Of a stretch of DNA of 36,747 nucleotides, positions 33,388-36,747 are shown piece by piece. The notes beneath the pieces were generated by a model. The model saw only the letters and a program-made list of their open reading frames with translations. It was not told the origin of the DNA and did no database searches. The DNA is from Trichosphaerium sp. ATCC 40318. Taxonomy: Eukaryota; Protista; Tubulinea. A program made the translations under genes and the position numbers. Within the stretch, counting starts at the first letter, position 1; each line of letters begins with the position of its first letter. The DNA lies in NCBI GenBank assembly GCA_038496445.1, contig JALMLS010000604.1:1-36747 (forward strand), read 5' to 3'.

Positions 33388-35237
33388 TTAAGAAAACCAC
33401 TGTGCAACATCTACTTTTGGGTTATAAGCAGCTGGTATTATTTTCATAACATCTGTTAATGATATAACACCAGCCAACTCAGCATTATTCTTCACCTATA
33501 AAGAGAGAAGTTCAGAAACTTTTGAAATAAAAAAGCAAGAAAAAAAGAAGTTTAGTTGATGGTTATTGCCGTACCCATACACGATGTACTTTTGTTGCAG
33601 CAAGCTTTAATAGTACTGTCTCAAAAGGATCAGAAATATCAACTGTTATAGGAGGCCTGAACTCAGAAACTTGACATGAGATAAACTCCAAAACAGGCAA
33701 CAATAGAGATGCAAAGTTTCTTGTTGAAATTCTTCTGTGTGAGTTTTTTTTTTTTGGTGTACCCTTAGGTCAGATATAGACAAGTTCGCTAAGAGAGTCC
33801 CTTCATTGTCTACAATTGGAAGAGCTGATTTATTATTCAGGTATAGCATATAGAAAGCTTCTATCGTAGGGGTAGTGTAGTTAATCTAAAATTAAAATAT
33901 GTTATTTTCTTTGGATAGCAAGTAGTGTTGATTATAATGTTTGGTTGTACCTTAAGTAATGATCCTGTTCCGATTGTTCCTATACCAATATTCATTACAG
34001 TCTCTCTCTTAGCGTACTTTGAAAGATGAGAAACGTTTTTGGCAAGATATCTAACAGCATTAGTAATTGAAAAAAATGAAGAAGTGGTACGAGAAAAATG
34101 CTTTGTTGCCTGGTAACAGACGCGTTTATTTTAATTTTAGTAGTGTATTTACGTACCTGAGAACAGTGGATTGACTGAGTATGCTTGTTAGCTTACCATC
34201 TTTCCCAACAGCAACACGATGAATCCCTTTTTGAAAGTCGTCTATTTGTTGACAACATTAGAACATAATCTGTTTTCACACGTATTGACGTACTAAGAAT
34301 CTGAGAGAGTGGCGTGTCAAATTCGTATGCATTGTAGACAGAACTGGTGTCACCTAGATAAAATACGTCAGCATATCGAAGGTAGCCGAAAAGAAACCAG
34401 AGTACCTAAAGCTGTCAAAACTGTAGTTGTCTTTAAAATGCTTGATTTCACTTGTAACTCTGTAACATTTGTAGTGTAATCTCTCCACCATTCTTCAACT
34501 GTAGTCTAAGTACGTGTAAGTATAATTGATAGGCTCCTTTCTTGATATGCCATGAAGAGAAGAGAAAAAGCGTCGTACGTATTTATCTTTCGAGTAAATC
34601 TTTAGGATTACTCTCAAAATATCAAACATATCAATGAACCCTCTGTAGCTTGGAAAACCAAGACCCTATCATAAATCCGTTAATACGACTTTAATTTTAG
34701 AGTCTTTTATCGTACATCCTCAACGACAGGAGCCGATAATATCTTATTGTCAGCAAGAACCTAGAACTACTTTAACAATCCATATGAAAATTGATTGATT
34801 TAATGTTGTTTGCGTGCACGTGAAAAAACTTTGATTTTCTGTATTTTTTGGGCTTGTATAAAAATGAACCTTACTTTTATTGCATCAGCGATACTTGATG
34901 TGGCGTTAATCGTTACCTTTGAGAAAAGTAAGAAAGGCCTAAAAAACAATGGAAAAAAAACCACAAAATTATACCAACGGTTTCTTCTCTTCAGCAGTGA
35001 GCTTTCCGGCAGTTGCCCACGATAGTAAGCGCTCCATGGAAGGAGGGTTTTTGAACTGATCTGTTTAAAAGGAAGTTAGTAAGATACAGAAACATCAAAT
35101 ATTGATAAAAAACAGCTCATAATCAAAGTTTAGTGCGTTAAGAGCAGACACGTGCCTAGCACAGTTTTTTGTTTTTTAACGGCCGCTTGCTCCTCTGTGC
35201 TTCGTTCTCTCTTTTGTCCGGTGACTTCAGTGTTCAT
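33388..35237 (-). CDS. Four-CBS (Bateman) domain protein, AMPK-gamma/SDS23-like
   Basis: VLADNKILSAPVV..GFIDMFDIL, KGIHRVAV..ILSQSTVL, NNKSALPIVDNEGTLLANLSISDLR and LAATKVHRVWV..GVISLTDVM. Confidence 0.9.
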
Positions 35238-35477
35238 TGTTAACCAGATTAGTCGTTATTTGAGTTGCTCTTTTAAACTTTGAGGTTCTTTTTAAACGGA
35301 CTTGATTTTTCTTGACTTTTTTGATTCCGATTTCTTAGTGTTCTTATTCTTACATTTCTGTTATGTATTTTTACTAAAATCACGATTTGATGCTTATTCT
35401 GAAGTCTTTGATACTTGTTGAGTAATTTCAAAGTCATGATGGGCCATGATAAATGTTTGTTTAGAATTACTGTTGGT

Positions 35478-36747
35478 TTATTCAAAAATTGATTTAACAA
35501 ATGATTTTACATCTCCTTTTTCTATATCAAACTCCAAGAAAGCCTTCACGATACGTAATTTTGATTGATGTTTACGACCAGCATCTAATGGCTCAATGGT
35601 TTCATTACGCTGTAATAATATAGCAACATCATTTGCTCTATCAAGAATCTCTACAGGAACACCTATAACAATTACTATCACATGGTCAACAAGCAGGGCA
35701 GCAAGAATCAATCAACAACGTTACATAGAACGCATTTACAATAACAGACAGTATGAAAAAGCAACTGTGAACAAACAATTGGTTGAACAAAACAAATTAA
35801 AGAAAATTGCTCACCTGCAACTTTAGCGCAATAGTGTCCAAAACTGTTGTTTGACACGCCTTTCCTCACCCTTTTATTGGATATTTATTATCATATTAAC
35901 AAGAGCAATATGGTACTTACTTGTATAGGTATACTACCTCGGGTAGAGGGAAACTATCTTTCAAAACAATATCCATAGCCATTCTTTGTAGGTTACTATT
36001 ATTAGGCAGCAAATCACCTTCAAAAAGCTCATAGAAATGAGTTGATATAAAAGTCTTTGGGCAGTCATTTCCTTTAGCCAAAAGGTGTCTAATGGTTGCA
36101 GTCAGAAGTGCAACTCCATCTGTATTCAAAGTAAGAATAACACTAACAAAATACAGCCAAGTATTGACTTACCAACTGGATTTGTTCCTTTACCGAACTC
36201 ATCAATAACAAGCAAGGATTTAGGTGTGGCAAATCTCAGCATTGTAGCTATTTGTTGTGTATCTATCATGAACGAGCTTTTATTCACTGAGACACTTTCG
36301 CAGCTATGTACACTAAAAAAGAACACATATAAGAAAGCATCAGAATGACTAGTATTATTCTTCTAGTACCGAGTAAATATCCTATCTGTTAGACCTATTA
36401 TTGCCGCTTCAGCAGGGACAAAACATCCAATATGAGCCATGTACGTAATAAGTGCAACCTGCGGGGAAAAAAAAAAGTAAGAAAAAAATAAGAACGCAGT
36501 TTAATTTCTACTACAAACTTACTTGCTTTAAATATACGCTCTTCCCTTATAGAAGTAACTCTATTAATACAAACTAATTATAAAGGAAGAATACAGTACC
36601 TGAAAAGTTTGCACCAGTTACAAGTTGCATACAGCCCTCTCTACATGAAAAGTTAACTAACTCTTAAGATTTTGAAAAAACAAAAAGTTGATCACCTGTC
36701 TCGTGCCACAGCTGTATCGTTTGGTATGAAAACATTAGAAACACAAA
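35478..36747 (-). CDS. MSH5: MutS homologue 5 (meiotic), C-terminal ATPase domain; 5' part lies outside the window
   Basis: [88 protein letters not shown] and CP..STHF are typical of MSH5. Confidence 0.93.

Noticed and set aside
28905-36747. Functional clustering of the TPP1 candidate with MSH5 (telomere/meiosis)
   Set aside because: Only two genes, separated by unrelated loci, so chance adjacency is sufficient.
1-36747. U12-type introns, tRNA/rRNA genes, CRISPR arrays, transposases
   Set aside because: No RTATCCTT donors at the inferred junctions, and no cloverleaf, rRNA-like tract, spaced direct repeats or DDE/RT motifs were recognised by eye.

Overview
AT-rich (~35% GC by eye), gene-dense eukaryotic nuclear DNA with many short spliceosomal introns (mostly ~40-100 nt). 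The gene content suggests a protist, possibly amoebozoan (inference). Most ORF-track entries are exon fragments; spliced models below were built by hand. Genes in order: a Trp-rich tandem-repeat protein (runs off the left edge), a copine/RGLG-type vWA protein, a small Cys-rich membrane protein, a decayed pseudogene tract, an unknown protein with a weak Coa1/Tim21-like motif, a half-LIM protein, a run of ubiquitin-system genes (F-box+BTB, KCTD-type BTB+SPRY, RMND5, F-box+MORN, F-box+NHL, TOM1-like) interrupted by a claudin-like 4-TM gene, a PHO84/PHT1 phosphate transporter, a divergent actin-like protein, a GPI-type Cys-repeat surface protein, a probable shelterin TPP1/Tpz1 homologue, an F-box pseudogene, a CBS-domain protein and the 3' part of MSH5. 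Highlights: the TPP1/Tpz1 candidate (OB fold plus POT1-binding-like motif, hidden across small exons), an F-box/BTB dual-adaptor fusion, an intronless giant-virus-like F-box-MORN gene, an actin paralogue lacking nucleotide-binding residues, frequent AAG acceptors and GC donors, and a strong excess of CACGTG. No rRNA, tRNA, CRISPR array or transposase was recognised.
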